Numbered from the stretch's first letter, positions 48,832 to 61,900 are shown. The stretch is 64,000 bases of DNA from an uncultured Gammaproteobacteria bacterium (GCA_964596355.1 CAZQTD010000001.1:68446-132445); one strand, 5' to 3'. Made by a program: numbers and translations. Notes: generated from the sequence alone by a model not told the origin.

Positions 48832-51117
48832 CAGGGATTATACTATAATCAATCCATGGGTTCGGATATCTGGCTTGTCCTGCGCTTTTGGGGGACGCTG
48901 TTTCTCATCGGGGCAGTGGCGTTTCCCCTGACGAAACTGCTGTTTTCACCATCGGGGTTAAACCGTAAAGAACATCAAGGCCTGACGCCGGGTTGGTTTG
49001 ACGACGGTTATTTGTTTTCCAAAGCCGTCGGCATGGCGGTCGTAACGTACTTCGTATACCTCGCGGGCATGCTCGGCGTCGCGCCGTTTACCGTGCCAAC
49101 GATTGCTGGAGCAATGGGCGTCGTGTTTGTTGGGGGAATTGTACTCCTTCTGGTGTTGAGGGGAGAGAGGGGAGAGAACAAGCGCATGGTTTTTTTGCTT
49201 GCGGCGGAAGAGCTGTTTTTCCTCGTCGCGCTCGTGTTTTGGTCCTGGGTAAAAGGCCATGAGCCGGATATCCACGGGCTGGAGAAGTTCATGGACTTCG
49301 GCTTCACAAAGTCTATCCTCAACAACTTATGGTTTCCCGCGCCGGACATGTGGTATGCGGGGTTGCCGATCAACTACTACTACTTTGGACATACCGTCCT
49401 TGCCGTTCTTACCAAATTGTCGGCATTAGATCTTGCCCACACGTTCAATCTGATGCTTGCGGCACTGTTTGCTCTCACGCTGACGATGAGCTTTTCCCTA
49501 GGGGTGCAGCTCGTACGGGGAGTACGGGGGATAGGGATGAGGGGGAAGATGGCAGGAGGGATCCTGACTTCCTTCCTTGTCACGCTTGCCGGCAACATGC
49601 AGACGATCTACGCGTTCACCAAAGGCTACGTCGGAGAAAACGTCCGACCGTTTTGGACGTTGGCGTGGAGCATTGGGGAAATAGGAGAGAAGCTCGCAGA
49701 GGGCATGGAGCGCTACTGGTACGCCAACGCGACGCGCTTTATCCCCTATACGATCCACGAGTTTCCCAGCTACTCATTCGTCGTGTCTGATATCCACGGG
49801 CACGTATTGAGTTTGCCGTTTGTTTTACTTGCTGTCGCGCTTCTTATCCATATGTTTAACTTACAGGGGGATAAGGGGGATAAGAGGGATAAGGGGGAAA
49901 AGATACGGTGGGGGAATATCCTGTTTTACGGCTTTCTGTGCGGCGTGCTTCTGATGACCAATGCGCTTGATGGGCCGATATACCTCGGACTGTTTGTTGT
50001 TTTGCTTGTGGCGACTCGTTGGACAAACTGGAAACAGATCATGGTTCCGGCGGGGCTCGTGGCAGCCAGTGCAGCACTCACAAGTCTTCCGTTTCTTTCG
50101 CACTTCACATCGTTTGTGTCAGGCGTTGCGATTAACTGCCCGCCGGCATTTCTTGCAAACTCCACCATCGGGCCGTTCCTGTTTGAAGGCGTGGAGAAGT
50201 GCCAGCATTCGCCTCTCTGGATGCTCTGGCTCCTGTGGGGGTTTTTCCTGTTTTGCGGGGCATTTCTGATTGTGCGGGCGGCACGGAAGGCTGATATGAC
50301 AGAGCGTTTGCTTGTGGTAGTGTTCCTTTTTAGCATCGCGCTCATCGTGTTTCCGGAGTTTTTTTACTTCAAAGACATCTATCCCGCGCATTTTCGGAGT
50401 AACACGATGTTTAAGCTGGGGTACCAGGCATACATCCTGTTTTCGATTGTCTCGGGATATACCATTGTTACCGTTGGTTTCAGAGATCATTATGATCCTG
50501 AAGGAAAATCCAAAATCCTCAATCCAAAGCACAAAATCCACATTGGAAGAACAGTATTCCTTATGCTGCTTGCGCCGCAGTTGTTTCTCGTTTCCATCTA
50601 TCCCATTTTTGCCGTGCGGTCGTACTTTGGAGAATTGCGGCAGTACAAAGGGCTGTACGGACTGGCGTGGCTGAAGATGCGCTATCCGGACGATTGGCAG
50701 GCGATTCGCTGGCTCAATGATCAAGTCGTCAGAGAGTTGCCCGTCATCGTTGAAGCGGATGGTGACAGCTATACAGACTATGCCAGGTATAGCGCCTTCA
50801 CCGGGCTTCCAACCATTATCGGCTGGCCGGTGCACGAGTGGTTGTGGCGCGGTAGCTACGACGTGGTTGGCCCGCGCAGGGAGGACGTGCGAAGGATCTA
50901 TGAATCCACTGACGTTAATGAGACCAGAGAGCTCCTTGCGGCCTACGGCGTGCGGTACATCGTCGTTGGGCTGCTTGAGCGGGAGAAGTTTCAGAACCTT
51001 GCCGAGTGGAAGTTTGCGGCACTGGGAACGGTGGTGTTCCGGCAGGGGATTACGACACTCTATCAAGTTCGCGAGCCTATTGACAAGAAGGCCGGAAGGT
51101 GGTTAAATACCCGCTAG
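48814..51117 (+). CDS. Chlor_Arch_YYY / DUF2298 family polytopic membrane protein (GT-C-like)
   Basis: LPINYYYFGH motif, more than 15 TM helices, 9-bp tandem repeats (GDKGDKRDKGEK), and an AT-rich insertion encoding KSKILNPKHKIH. Confidence 0.75.
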   Translation: MSMRPQQGLYYNQSMGSDIWLVLRFWGTLFLIGAVAFPLTKLLFSPSGLNRKEHQGLTPGWFDDGYLFSKAVGMAVVTYFVYLAGMLGVAPFTVPTIAGAMGVVFVGGIVLLLVLRGERGENKRMVFLLAAEELFFLVALVFWSWVKGHEPDIHGLEKFMDFGFTKSILNNLWFPAPDMWYAGLPINYYYFGHTVLAVLTKLSALDLAHTFNLMLAALFALTLTMSFSLGVQLVRGVRGIGMRGKMAGGILTSFLVTLAGNMQTIYAFTKGYVGENVRPFWTLAWSIGEIGEKLAEGMERYWYANATRFIPYTIHEFPSYSFVVSDIHGHVLSLPFVLLAVALLIHMFNLQGDKGDKRDKGEKIRWGNILFYGFLCGVLLMTNALDGPIYLGLFVVLLVATRWTNWKQIMVPAGLVAASAALTSLPFLSHFTSFVSGVAINCPPAFLANSTIGPFLFEGVEKCQHSPLWMLWLLWGFFLFCGAFLIVRAARKADMTERLLVVVFLFSIALIVFPEFFYFKDIYPAHFRSNTMFKLGYQAYILFSIVSGYTIVTVGFRDHYDPEGKSKILNPKHKIHIGRTVFLMLLAPQLFLVSIYPIFAVRSYFGELRQYKGLYGLAWLKMRYPDDWQAIRWLNDQVVRELPVIVEADGDSYTDYARYSAFTGLPTIIGWPVHEWLWRGSYDVVGPRREDVRRIYESTDVNETRELLAAYGVRYIVVGLLEREKFQNLAEWKFAALGTVVFRQGITTLYQVREPIDKKAGRWLNTR
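50497..50548. repeat. AT-rich in-frame insertion element in DUF2298 gene
   Basis: aaaatccaaaatcctcaatccaaag; encodes the same KSKILNP heptapeptide as the gdh insertion. Confidence 0.6.
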
Positions 51118-51265
51118 CAAACAATACGCGTGTTTCCTCATTAATAGTAACTAGCTGAACTTTCCCTTAAGAACGGACATTCTGCATGACGCATCAGTTG
51201 ACGAGTACATGATCAAATACCATCTGATGAGCAGATGATCATCTCGTGCTCATCGATTATAATCC

Positions 51266-52774
51266 ATGGCATTCCGAGCATCCGCACGATCAGGAAGTAA
51301 GAAGCACCCAGCTAAAGAGACCGTCAAGACCGAGCCAAACGCGGGTACGGTCGAACCGTCTGCGCCCGAGGCGATGCCCGCGGCGGCTCTAAGCGTAGAG
51401 GATTTGGTCGGTGCTGTGAAAGACGATCGTCCGGAAGGCGCTGTGCCCGCGGTAGAGCCTGCTTCTCTTCGGAAGAAGGAAGTCAAGCCGCCTCGTCGGG
51501 AGTCGTACGTTCGGCCGCCCAAGCTTCGTGATGAACCTTCCAGGATCGGGTTTTCCGGCAGAGGGCCCCGCCCATGGCGGAATCAGACCTTCACCCGCTC
51601 CAGTTTTCGGCGCGAGTGGAATAACCACGGCGCAAGCGGCGGCGAGGGATTTACCCAAGACATCGATGTTCCGACGGAAACCGTGCGCGGGATTTTAGAT
51701 ACCATGCCGGAAGGGCATGGATTTTTGCGCCCCAAATTTGCTCCAAGTGATCGTGACGTCTACATCTCGCAATCGCAAATCCGCCGATTTCTCCTTCGAA
51801 ACGGCGACATGGTGGAGGGGCAGGCAAGGCCTCCAAAAGATAACGAGCGGTATTTTGGCCTCCTGAAAGTGGAGAAAGTTAACGATCAGGATGCAGAAGG
51901 GTTGGGCGTGCGGCCTCGGTTTGACGATCTGACGCCCATTTATCCAAATAGGCACCTCAAGCTGGAAATCGGACAACAGCCGCTTTCCATCCGGATGATC
52001 GATTTGGTTGCTCCCATTGGATTCGGGCAGCGCGGTCTCATTGTTTCTCCGCCCAAGGCAGGCAAAACAACGATCCTCAAAGAACTTGCTGCTGGTGTTG
52101 CAGCCAACTACCCCGACGTCCACCTGATGGCGGCGTTAATCGGCGAGCGGCCGGAAGAAGTGACCGATCTATCCAGAAACATCAAAGGTGAAGTATTGGC
52201 GAGCAACTTTGATCAGTCTCCCAGTGAACAGACGAGAATAGCGGAAGTTGCCCTTGACCGCGCCAAGCGTCTGGTAGAAATGGGTAAAGACGTCGTCGTC
52301 CTTTTGGATTCCATCACCCGGCTTGCCCGCGCGTACAATCTGGTCGTCAACCCGTCGGGGCGGACGCTTTCCGGTGGGTTTGATCCGGCGGCGCTTTATC
52401 CTGCCAAGCGGTTTTTGGGAGCAGCTCGCTGTGTGGAAGCCGGCGGATCGTTGACCGTCATCGGTACTGCTCTTGTTGATACGGGCAGCCGCATGGATGA
52501 CCTCATTTACGAAGAGTTCAAGGGCACCGGCAACATGGAACTCCACCTGTCGCGGGCGCTTCAGGAGCGCAGGATTTTTCCGGCGATAGACTTAAGTAAA
52601 TCCGGCACGCGGCACGACGAGCTTCTTCTTGGTGACGATGTCATGAAAAAAATTGTGACGCTCCGCCACATGCTGTCGCTTCTGGGCGATGAGGAGCGTA
52701 CGTTGATGGTCATAGAGCGCCTTAGCAAGGCAAAATCAAACGAAGAATTCCTCGCCTCACTTGCCCAAGGGTAA
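51266..52774 (+). CDS. rho: Transcription termination factor Rho, with N-terminal insertion domain
   Basis: Walker A PPKAGKTT and the Q/R loops, with a ~150-aa Ala/Pro/Glu/Arg-rich N-terminal extension. Confidence 0.9.
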   Translation: MAFRASARSGSKKHPAKETVKTEPNAGTVEPSAPEAMPAAALSVEDLVGAVKDDRPEGAVPAVEPASLRKKEVKPPRRESYVRPPKLRDEPSRIGFSGRGPRPWRNQTFTRSSFRREWNNHGASGGEGFTQDIDVPTETVRGILDTMPEGHGFLRPKFAPSDRDVYISQSQIRRFLLRNGDMVEGQARPPKDNERYFGLLKVEKVNDQDAEGLGVRPRFDDLTPIYPNRHLKLEIGQQPLSIRMIDLVAPIGFGQRGLIVSPPKAGKTTILKELAAGVAANYPDVHLMAALIGERPEEVTDLSRNIKGEVLASNFDQSPSEQTRIAEVALDRAKRLVEMGKDVVVLLDSITRLARAYNLVVNPSGRTLSGGFDPAALYPAKRFLGAARCVEAGGSLTVIGTALVDTGSRMDDLIYEEFKGTGNMELHLSRALQERRIFPAIDLSKSGTRHDELLLGDDVMKKIVTLRHMLSLLGDEERTLMVIERLSKAKSNEEFLASLAQG

Positions 52775-52830
52775 AACACGTTTGACTAATTGGGCAAATG
52801 GGATAAATTTGCTATACTCAAACGAGGAGC

Positions 52831-53907
52831 ATGATCAAGGCATTCCGCGTGTTTTTTTCCGATGTTGCCATCTGGCGTGACGGATGGAAAAACTATCTCG
52901 AACGCCGCCTCAAACGCTTCGGCGTGTGGTTTGAGGCACAAAAAAGCGTCCTGGTTGACATCCTCATGGCAAGACGCGGTACGTACCAGCGTCCATTTTT
53001 GCATCTTTCGCTTGGACTTCTTTTGGTTGGCGGCGTGGTGAGCGCGCCGATGATTGCAAACGCGTACCCGGGCGGCATCCCCGACGCAGTCAATGAATAC
53101 ACGCCGTCAAGCGCTGTCGTCACGTCGCTTGACATGAGCGACTACGGCGTGCAGACGCAGGTGTCACAAAAGCCGCGCGATCAGGTAATTAGCTATAAAG
53201 TGCAGGAAGGCGACACGCTTAACAAAATCGCAAGCAAATTTGACATTTCTATTGAAACGATAGAGTGGGCAAATGATCTAAAAAGTGATACTTTGAGCTT
53301 AAATCAAGAACTCAAAATTCCGCCTGTGACCGGCATCGTGCACAAAGTGCGTGAAGGAGAAACAGTACAAAGTATAGCTAAAAAGTATCGAACTGATCCA
53401 CAAAACATCGTGAATTTTCCGTTTAACGACTTTTCTGATATGGACACGTTTGCACTCAACGTGGGGCAGACGCTCATTGTCCCCGACGGCATCCAGCCGC
53501 AGGCTGCACCGGTTGCCATCCCCATGCCGCAAATCGTTGCCGGCGGCACCGGGCATTTTATCTGGCCCACAAGCGGCACGATCACGCAGTATCCGATCTG
53601 GTACCATATGGCCTATGACATTGCCAACCCCGCAGCCCCCGGCATCATGGCGGCAGATAGCGGCGTGGTTACACTCGTAGACTACATGCGCTACGGCTAC
53701 GGCAATCACGTGATCGTGGAACACGGCGGCGGCATTTCTACGCTTTACGGCCACATGTCTGATATCTACGTTAAGCCGGGGGACAGGGTGGCGCGCGGCC
53801 AGGTGATCGGCCGCATGGGTAATACCGGCAGGTCGACCGGCACCCACCTCCATTTTGAGACACGCGTCAACGGCTCTGCAATCAATCCTGTAGGGTACTT
53901 CAGATAA
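52831..53907 (+). CDS. LysM (x2) + M23 family metallopeptidase, membrane-anchored
   Basis: Two LysM modules (VQEGDTLNKIASKF, VREGETVQSIAKKY) and M23 HxxxD/HxH (GNHVIVEHGGG...GTHLHFE). Confidence 0.85.
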   Translation: MIKAFRVFFSDVAIWRDGWKNYLERRLKRFGVWFEAQKSVLVDILMARRGTYQRPFLHLSLGLLLVGGVVSAPMIANAYPGGIPDAVNEYTPSSAVVTSLDMSDYGVQTQVSQKPRDQVISYKVQEGDTLNKIASKFDISIETIEWANDLKSDTLSLNQELKIPPVTGIVHKVREGETVQSIAKKYRTDPQNIVNFPFNDFSDMDTFALNVGQTLIVPDGIQPQAAPVAIPMPQIVAGGTGHFIWPTSGTITQYPIWYHMAYDIANPAAPGIMAADSGVVTLVDYMRYGYGNHVIVEHGGGISTLYGHMSDIYVKPGDRVARGQVIGRMGNTGRSTGTHLHFETRVNGSAINPVGYFR

Positions 53908-53949
53908 CCCAAATTTGACTAATTCGTCCAATTAGACTAATTTGGCCTT

Positions 53950-54522
53950 ATGGGCGGATACAAAACCCTCCTCGTCTACCGGTGCGCCGTGACGATTTTT
54001 GATTTTAATGCGATCTTTTGTGAACGATTCCTCGCTGAACCCAAGCACCGCCGGACCGTGGAGCAGATGCACCATGCAGCCAGAAGCGGCAAACAAAATA
54101 TCGCCGAAGGGTCAAAAGAGCTCTCTGCGGCAAGCGATATCACGCTCAACAGCGTCAGCAGGAGTTCATATGCCGAGCTTTCCGAGGATTATGAGGACTT
54201 TTTGCGGTTACGGGGTTTGCCTGTTTGGGCAAAAACTGATCGGCGAGTTCTCCGTATCCGAGCATTCCGAGAATTAGTGGATCGTCCGACCAGTTTATCT
54301 GATATGGCCAGTTGGGCACATTTGGACGTTTTAAATCCGGAGCATTTTGCAAATCTCATGATCACGCTGTGCCAAAAACAGGGGTATCTCATGGATCAGC
54401 TGCTGCGTTTCAAGGAAAAGAAATGTGTGAAAGAAGGTGGATTTCGTGAGAACCTGTTCAAAAAACGAAAGATGTTTAAAGACAAATTCGTCAAATTTGA
54501 CAAATTGGGCTATTTAGGCTAA
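53950..54522 (+). CDS. Four-helix-bundle protein (23S rRNA IVS-protein family) with C-terminal suffix domain
   Basis: YKTLLVYRCA...GKQNIAEGSKE...SYAELSED matches the four-helix-bundle family; a basic C-terminal extension. Confidence 0.7.
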   Translation: MGGYKTLLVYRCAVTIFDFNAIFCERFLAEPKHRRTVEQMHHAARSGKQNIAEGSKELSAASDITLNSVSRSSYAELSEDYEDFLRLRGLPVWAKTDRRVLRIRAFRELVDRPTSLSDMASWAHLDVLNPEHFANLMITLCQKQGYLMDQLLRFKEKKCVKEGGFRENLFKKRKMFKDKFVKFDKLGYLG

Positions 54523-54534
54523 TTTGCATGGCAC

Positions 54535-54608
54535 GGGCCCGTAGCTCATTTGGCTAGAGCGTCTCTATGGCATAGAGAAGGTGGTCGGTTCGAATCCGAT
54601 CGGGTCCA
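54535..54608 (+). tRNA. tRNA-Ala (anticodon GGC)
   Basis: Manual cloverleaf: acceptor GGGCCCG/CGGGTCC (G3:U70), anticodon loop ATGGCAT, T-arm GTCGG-TTCGAAT-CCGAT. Confidence 0.9.
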
Positions 54609-54679
54609 CTCATTCGTTGCTTTGCTCCTCATGGCAAGCCGTTTGAAGGTTTATCCTAAGTGACGCTCGGCGTCACGAA

Positions 54680-54752
54680 GGGCCAGTAGCTCACCTGGTA
54701 GAGCGCTGCATTCGCATTGCAGAGGTAGGGGGTTCGATTCCCCCCTGGTCCA
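54680..54752 (+). tRNA. tRNA-Ala (anticodon CGC)
   Basis: Acceptor GGGCCAG/CTGGTCC (G3:U70), anticodon loop TTCGCAT, T-arm GGGGG-TTCGATT-CCCCC. Confidence 0.9.
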
Positions 54753-54787
54753 CAGAAGCCAAATTGGTCTCAGTGGCCCACTGTGCG

Positions 54788-55000
54788 TTATCGGGAGGTC
54801 GTCGCGCCGGCAACCATCGGTGCGGTTGGGGCAAGCTGGGTGTTAAGGAAGTTGCCGACGATCGCGCCGATGCCAAGCATCAGGGCAAACGCGACGACAA
54901 ACATCCACCCGCGCACAACAACCAGATAGTCGCCTTTGGCTTTCGTGCGCCTTGCTGAAAGAGGACGATGGTGCGCTCGCTTGAGAGCACGTTTTTTCAT
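54788..55000 (-). CDS. Possible small membrane protein (70 aa)
   Basis: An ORF with a basic N-terminus and one TM helix; no clear RBS. Confidence 0.25.
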   Translation of the reverse strand: MKKRALKRAHHRPLSARRTKAKGDYLVVVRGWMFVVAFALMLGIGAIVGNFLNTQLAPTAPMVAGATTSR

Positions 55001-55155
55001 ACAAGTCTAGTGTGGCACGGAATTTCCCTCCTTGTCAACGTGTAATTTCACAAGGGATACATCAGAGATTGGTCCTTGACACGGCATTTCACGCCCTCCA
55101 TTATATATAATAAGGGTATCGGACGGTTTTCGGGTTTGAAACAGTCGGGTATTCC

Positions 55156-55926
55156 TTGAGACACGTGCCAGGAGTCATCGCCCGGTTTTTTGGCGTTTTA
55201 CGAATACTACGAGTACCACGTCTTGCCATTCTGGTTGTTGGTGCGGTCATTTGTATCACTACTATATATTTTGTTCTTGATTCGAAATTTACCCACCCGC
55301 GCCCCAAACCCACTTCCGCCGTAGTTAGTGACGTTTCTGCGCGATCATTCAACGTCGTCGTGACGTTTCAAGCTCCGGCGCCATTGTGCGCGGTTGCTGT
55401 TACGGTGATCCCGCCGTTTGTGTCTTTTCGTTGTTCTCACACACTGCGCGACATTCACCGCCTGTCGTTTTCCGGATTGTACCCACGGATGCCCTACGTG
55501 GTACTCGTGGGATACGGCACGAGCTGGTGGGTGCGCGCGCCTGCGCACGCAAGCTCTCTGCAGGGAACAACGCAGACAGTTCGTTTCCTTGCAACGACCA
55601 CGCGGGCAAAGGACTTCCTTCCGGCTGAACCCACGTGGCTTCTGGTGGGCACGGTCGTTGATGCCGTGGGCGTGCCGGTTCCTGACGCGGTTGTGACCGC
55701 GCAGGTGGGGCAGAGGAATCTGTTTTTCAGCACCACCACCAACCGCTTCGGCGGTTACCTCATGTCCATTCCGCTGTCTAGTATCCCCCCGAAAGGCGCA
55801 ACGCCGGACGATGATGCGGCAACGATACTCGTGCGCAAAGACGGGAAAGAAACCAGCGTTGTCCAGTCGCTTTCCCGCGTGTCACGGATCCCGCAGGAAA
55901 TGACACTAGAGTTAGTGCAACGGTAA
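55156..55926 (+). CDS. Membrane-anchored hypothetical protein with carboxypeptidase-regulatory-like beta domain
   Basis: N-terminal TM, then a C-terminal LLVGTVVDAVGVPVPDAVV...RFGGY beta-sandwich pattern. Start ambiguous (TTG 55156 or GTG 55165). Confidence 0.55.
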   Translation: MRHVPGVIARFFGVLRILRVPRLAILVVGAVICITTIYFVLDSKFTHPRPKPTSAVVSDVSARSFNVVVTFQAPAPLCAVAVTVIPPFVSFRCSHTLRDIHRLSFSGLYPRMPYVVLVGYGTSWWVRAPAHASSLQGTTQTVRFLATTTRAKDFLPAEPTWLLVGTVVDAVGVPVPDAVVTAQVGQRNLFFSTTTNRFGGYLMSIPLSSIPPKGATPDDDAATILVRKDGKETSVVQSLSRVSRIPQEMTLELVQR

Positions 55927-55936
55927 CCATATCATA

Positions 55937-58900
55937 ATGACTACGAAAAACACCAAACGATATCAGATTCTCAAAAGCGCAGGGATCATCCAGCTTCTGC
56001 CGCTCGTTCTTCTGGTTGGGTTCGCCACGACGATATTCGTTGTCGTGGGGCAGGTTGTCCGGAACCGGCAGGAGGTGCGGAGCCGTGCGGCGATCAATTG
56101 TTCCATGCTTCCTCCGGAAGATAAGGCTGCGTGCTTAGCTGCGAAAGAAGACGAAGAGCAAAATGAGCCCACCGGGCCATCCGGAGGTGGGTCTTCTACC
56201 GGAGGGACCGGAGGGACCGGAGGGATCGGAGGGACCGGAGGGACCGGAGGGACCGGTGGGACCGGTGGGACATCGGGGGGTACAGCAAGCTTCACGAGCG
56301 AGAAATCACAAAAAGCTAAATGCACCGACGGAAACACCCGGTGTCATAACGGCATCAGGCAATTTTGCGATGGCGGATCATGGGTGCCGGCGGGGGGAAC
56401 GTGTGGAGCTGGCGGTACGACGCCCGCGCAACCAACAGTTGTGGAAACTTCCCCGGCGACAACAGGGTGTACAACCGGTCAGAGCCGGTGCATTGATCAT
56501 ATACGGCACTACTGTATCGATGGCATGTGGCAATCACAGGGAACGTGTGACTTGGGAACAAACGCGACGCCTCCGCCGGTAATCACAGGAGAAGGTGGAC
56601 ATTGCGGGCAGAACGGCTACCGGCCATGTCCTGCGGGCGATTCCTGTGCCGCGGGATTAGTGTCGCTCGGCGGCATCTGCCAACCACCTCCGGCTGCTCC
56701 ACCGGCCGGTCAGGCGCCGGTTGTTGGGAATGAATGTTCAGGTCAAGGCTCATGGGCTTTAGGCGGCGTGATTTATAACTGTGTGGGCGGCACGTGGTCG
56801 ATAACCGGTGTTTATGAAACACCATCGCCCGCGCCACCGGCCGATGGAGGCGGGTGTACCGATGGGCAAACACGGTGCACCAATAATGTGAGACAACTTT
56901 GCGATGGCGGCGCATGGCATGACGTTGGTGCGTGCACCATCACCCGTGAGATACAATTTGTGGTTACACCAACATCAATAACTCCTAGCACCACCCCACC
57001 ACCTTCTGGTGTAGAACGTGGCAAGGGGCGTGACGGTAGGATTAATAGACGTGTCCGTTCGCTAACACCACCGCAACAGGCACCGGTCGTGGCAAACGTG
57101 ACGCCAACCAGAACTCCTGCGCAGCAAGCTAACTATATGGCCTGTATTGATGCTGCAACGTCATTTGGTCAGATTGTTGCATGTGATAAAAACAGCCGCC
57201 GCCCGCCGACGCCGACAGCTCCAGTCGAACCAGAACAGCCGTCAGGAGGATTCGGGGTATTGCTAGCATTCGACACATGCATAGGAACTCCAGGACAAAC
57301 TGCGTCTAGCTGTCGACGGTACCTATCAACCACGTCGACGACTCAACCATTAGAACCTTCCGCTAACGATGAGACAGGCGCTTCAGTCGTTGATGAGGGA
57401 GGGGGGACTCCTTCTGTGCCTGCCGCAACCACGCCTGTGGCTGGTGGCGCGGCGCTCACTTCAGGCGGAGAACTTGCCAGCACTGTTTCTTTAGGAAGTG
57501 ATATCGTCATCCACATTACCGCGGATCCGGTGCCTCAAACGAATTTGTTTGGACCCGATATGGTCAATCCGGTGCAGGCAGGCTCGGATGCGTATTCCGC
57601 GTGTATCCAGGGCGGCGGGGATCACGGCGGGTGCGAGGCGGTTGCGCGCGAAGCATATATCGCCGCCGAGCGCGCCTTGCCGGCGGGCATGTGGGACAAT
57701 CCGCAGTATCAACTGTATAAAGCAATCACCAATGCGCACAATGATGCGCGCGCGGCGTTTGTCGCGGTGCAGGAAAGCCAAGGCAGTACGTTTTCCGGAG
57801 ATGCGGCGCTGGACGATGTGACGGCGCTGGGTCAGGCAAGTGAGGCGCTCCTTCGGGCAATCGCTCAAGCAGCTGCTGAAGGGGCAACTCCTGAAGAACT
57901 TCACGAACTGGCGCTCTCCATGGCATCCAACCTCGGATCACAGGTTGGCACGGATGGATTCGCCAATATGCTCGCAAGTGTCAACAGCCCCGGTCCGGTA
58001 GGCGGCGCGCCGGCACCTGCTTCTGCGCAGGACCTTGCCATTGACTGCGAGGGCGCGGTGACGGATGACTGCGGAACGCTTGCGACCGTGGGCGTGGGCG
58101 CAAATACACCGGATATCTGGGACGACGGCGTCTGCACGGTCCAGCGGCAGGCAAACGGTTTATATAGAAATCTGGGGTGTACTGGCGCGGTATGGGGGCG
58201 CGTCGATCCAACCGGTGTTGTCATTGCCGTCTACACGTGTGCCGGCGGGCAAAATAGTTGCCGGTCAAATAGCGATGGGAACGGGATCTGTGATTACGGT
58301 GAAAATGGGAGCGAAAATCCCAATGATTGCCTTCCCGGAGTCACCGGAGGGTTAGGACTTGCGGAACAGAGTACGGGCACGGTCAATCCCAACTACCGCG
58401 AGGTCGACACGATTGAGGCTATTAGAATGAGAAACACGTTACAGCAGGTGCTGGAGGAGCACCCAGAACTTGTAGAAGAGCATGTTTCGAGTGATACCAG
58501 TTCGGGAGAAAACATTTTACCTGCTGCCATGATCCAAACGGCGCTCAACCAACTGGGGCTCACCGGATCTGCCGGACAACTGACGCTTGAGGACGTCTAT
58601 CGTACGTACTACGTCGATCAAATTTGCCAGCCCGATGACACGACCTGTGTGAACGCGCACGCCGATACACCCCTTGCCGACCTGCGGATAGAAAGTGAGG
58701 CGGTGAATTTATGCGCACTTCGCGGGGATACCACTGACAGTTGTGTTAGCGAGGTTATTGAAGATTTTGGCGGGAATGAAGAAGAGCTCCTTGCGGCGAT
58801 TAATCAGCAACAACTGTCCAATGACCGCCGCGCCGCATGCGGGTATGCAGAGGGTGGAGGCGCCGTTGGCAGACAGGATGCCGCGTACATCGCGTGCGTA

Positions 58901-61900
58901 AATCAACTGCCGGATGATCCGGCAGAGGTTCACCGGTTGGGGGTAATAGGGCAGTTCTGCGCCACACAACCAAATCCTGCGCAATGCAGAACAGCAAATC
59001 GTACGGTTGAACAGATGGACCAAGTGATTGCAGATGCACAGGCATTTTATGACGCCCTTTATCAGAAATATGTAGAGACGGGTACTGAATCACTGCTAAC
59101 ACTCTTACCGGCTCAATTACAAGATTCGGCTCAATCAGATCGGCACATTCAAGAACTTTACTCTATTGCCGTAGAGTATACCGATCAAGAGCTTATTGAC
59201 CGCTGCACAGCAGGCGCACGTACAGAGAATGCGCTTCAATGGTGTCGAGATGCAGGAAGGATTCGCGCTTCGTATATTAACAGCCTCCCGACTGCCGAAC
59301 TTCGACAACAGGCACAAACCGATAGAAACATATATGTTGCATATCAATCCTATGTGCAAAAAGGAAATAATATTGACCTCAACCAACTTCCTCAAGACAT
59401 GCGTGATGATGCACAACAAGCGCGCGAAGAACAACAGCGGATGGTGGAGCTTGCGCAAGCGTATGCTAATGGAGGGTCTGAGCTGGCTGCTGCCTGTGAT
59501 CAGGAGTTTAGACGATTTTGTACTAATCAAGATTTGGAAGCATTTACCAATCAAATAGAAAGGGTTTTTGGACAAGCGGTAACAGTAGAACTTCAGGCGC
59601 AGCGGCAGCAGAATACCATCGTTCAGCATTCAATAGAAGCGATTCTTAACGGTGATAGAGCAGGAGTTTTATCTGGTTGTGAGGAAATGTTTTCCGGTTC
59701 AGAGCGTGAACGAATGTGCGGCGATAATTTGAATAATTACTATGAATACATTACCGGGTTGTATGAATCCGGACAGGTACAAGAAACCGTTCAGTACGCA
59801 GTTAATAGGCTTCAGGCGTATGAGCGGTACCGTGCCACCCACGACGTTACTTACCATCAATTTGTGACAGAACAAGAAGAGGCGCTCAATGCGATGAGAA
59901 CGAGGCTTCTGAACCTTGGAGCGTATGAACTTGCGCAAGCTCAATGGGAGCGGGGAGAGGTTTTACCTACCGACATGCGTGACGTGGTCGCCGCAAATTC
60001 AAACCTTTTCCGCAATCCAGCAGGATTTTTGGCGATGCAATTCAATAATTTGACCGGCGGCGCGTACCTGCGAAATCGCCTTGGCGAAGGGTATACACAA
60101 GCGCGCGTCGATATGCTTCTTGCCTCCCGAAGCCCTGCAGAACAGGCCGCTGATCTTGCTGCCATTAGGGTGTCAGAAGCGTTTCGTAGTTATATAAGTA
60201 ATAATAAAATTAGTATCACACCCGAAGCGTATCAACGCCAATTGCTTACCGAGTATGTGGAGAACGAACAGGCGCTGCGCGTCCATGGGACAGTAACCGA
60301 CCAGACACAACAAACGTTCCTTAATCTCGTGTTCCGCGGAGATTCTTTAGCGCTGGAGACCGTGCGGGAAGCTCGGCCGACATCGCAGGACAGAGCTGCA
60401 GGTATCGTAAACCGGCTTCCGATTATTTCTAATATCAACAACCTTTTTATCCCCGAGTCAGTACGAGTTGAGCAGCGTAACTGGACAGCAGAACTTATTA
60501 TCCGAGATAGAGAAGGAGCCAATCCGGAAGAGATGGAACACGTACGGCAAAACATTGCCGAGTCAGACACGTTCCAGACATGGTGCGACTATCACAGTGA
60601 CCATTCGTGCAACAATGAGGACGTGCGGGATTTTCAAAAGTACCAGTTGTCTGGCGTGCTGGCGCTGGAAGAAAACTCTCGATATCGGGATGTGTTTGCC
60701 ATGGTGGACACGCAATGGATGCGCGACGCGGCACTCAATGGAACCATGAGTGTCGATGATCTGGAGAGCGCATTAATTCAAGCCCGCATACATGAACAGC
60801 AGGCGAGTGACGATCTCGTTTCACAAGCTGGCAGAAGTGCGGGTGGCATGGGGGCCGCTATCGTACAATCCAGAGCGACACGCATTGCACGGGAAACGTT
60901 CCGCACACAAGTAGCAGATATCTTCTATGATGCGTTTCGAAATAGTTTATCAGAGGAAGAACGGCAACAGCTTGATACTGTCACGAGACAATCTGCATGG
61001 TTTCAGCAGTGGGGGATGGAATCGCCAGGACAGTTCGACGTTGAAGTGTTTCAGAGGCAACAGGCCGAAAGTTTTATGAGGCGTGCTGACGATATAAATC
61101 TTCTGTTAACTGCGGCAAACACGAGGGTAACGTTTGCGGAAGCAATAAGCGGACAGATCAATGCTATCGGCATGGAACAGGCGCTTGACGACCCAAACCT
61201 GATTGTTCAAGCAGCGCTTGGAATTAACCGATTTACCAACGGTTCACTTGTCCGCGGAAGAATCGTGATGACTCAAGGGGCAGAAGATTGGCGGGAAAAC
61301 GGACCAAGCCTTAGAGCGGCGTGGGACGTAACCCGCGGAGCAGTGATGCAAACGGCAAAGCCCGTCGGCGCGGTTCTTGCGGTGGCAATTCCCGGCGGCC
61401 AGCTGGTAGGAGCAGTTGCCAGCGGAGCGTCGGCGGCTGCGCTTGCGCCGGTTGTCATCAGCAGTATCTCAACAGGCGCAGGGGTGTATTTCGCCGGAGA
61501 AAGCACCGCGGCAACAGCAGAAGTCTGCGGAGGGACGAACGTAAATACGATGGAATGCGTTGGATCGGCAACGATGACCGTATTTTCCTGGTCGATTGCC
61601 GCACAGGGGCTAACCGGCCTCGGTCGCACCGCAGCGATTGCGAGAGCAACGGGAAATGCCGGGACAGCGGCAGCAGCGGAAGTTGCAGTAGCAAGCGGCC
61701 AAGCGCTTGCGCAATTCAGTGAGCAAAACGTCCAGCAGATAGAACAGGCCGCAATAGAAGCGATACGCAGGGCAAGCACGCTTTCGCCGCTTCAACAGGC
61801 GTTCGTATCCAGACCTGCGCAGGCAGTGACACAAGCCCTTGGCGCTGCGACGTTCGGCATACAAGCGGCACAGGTATGTTCGCAAGAAGGGTTTACCTCG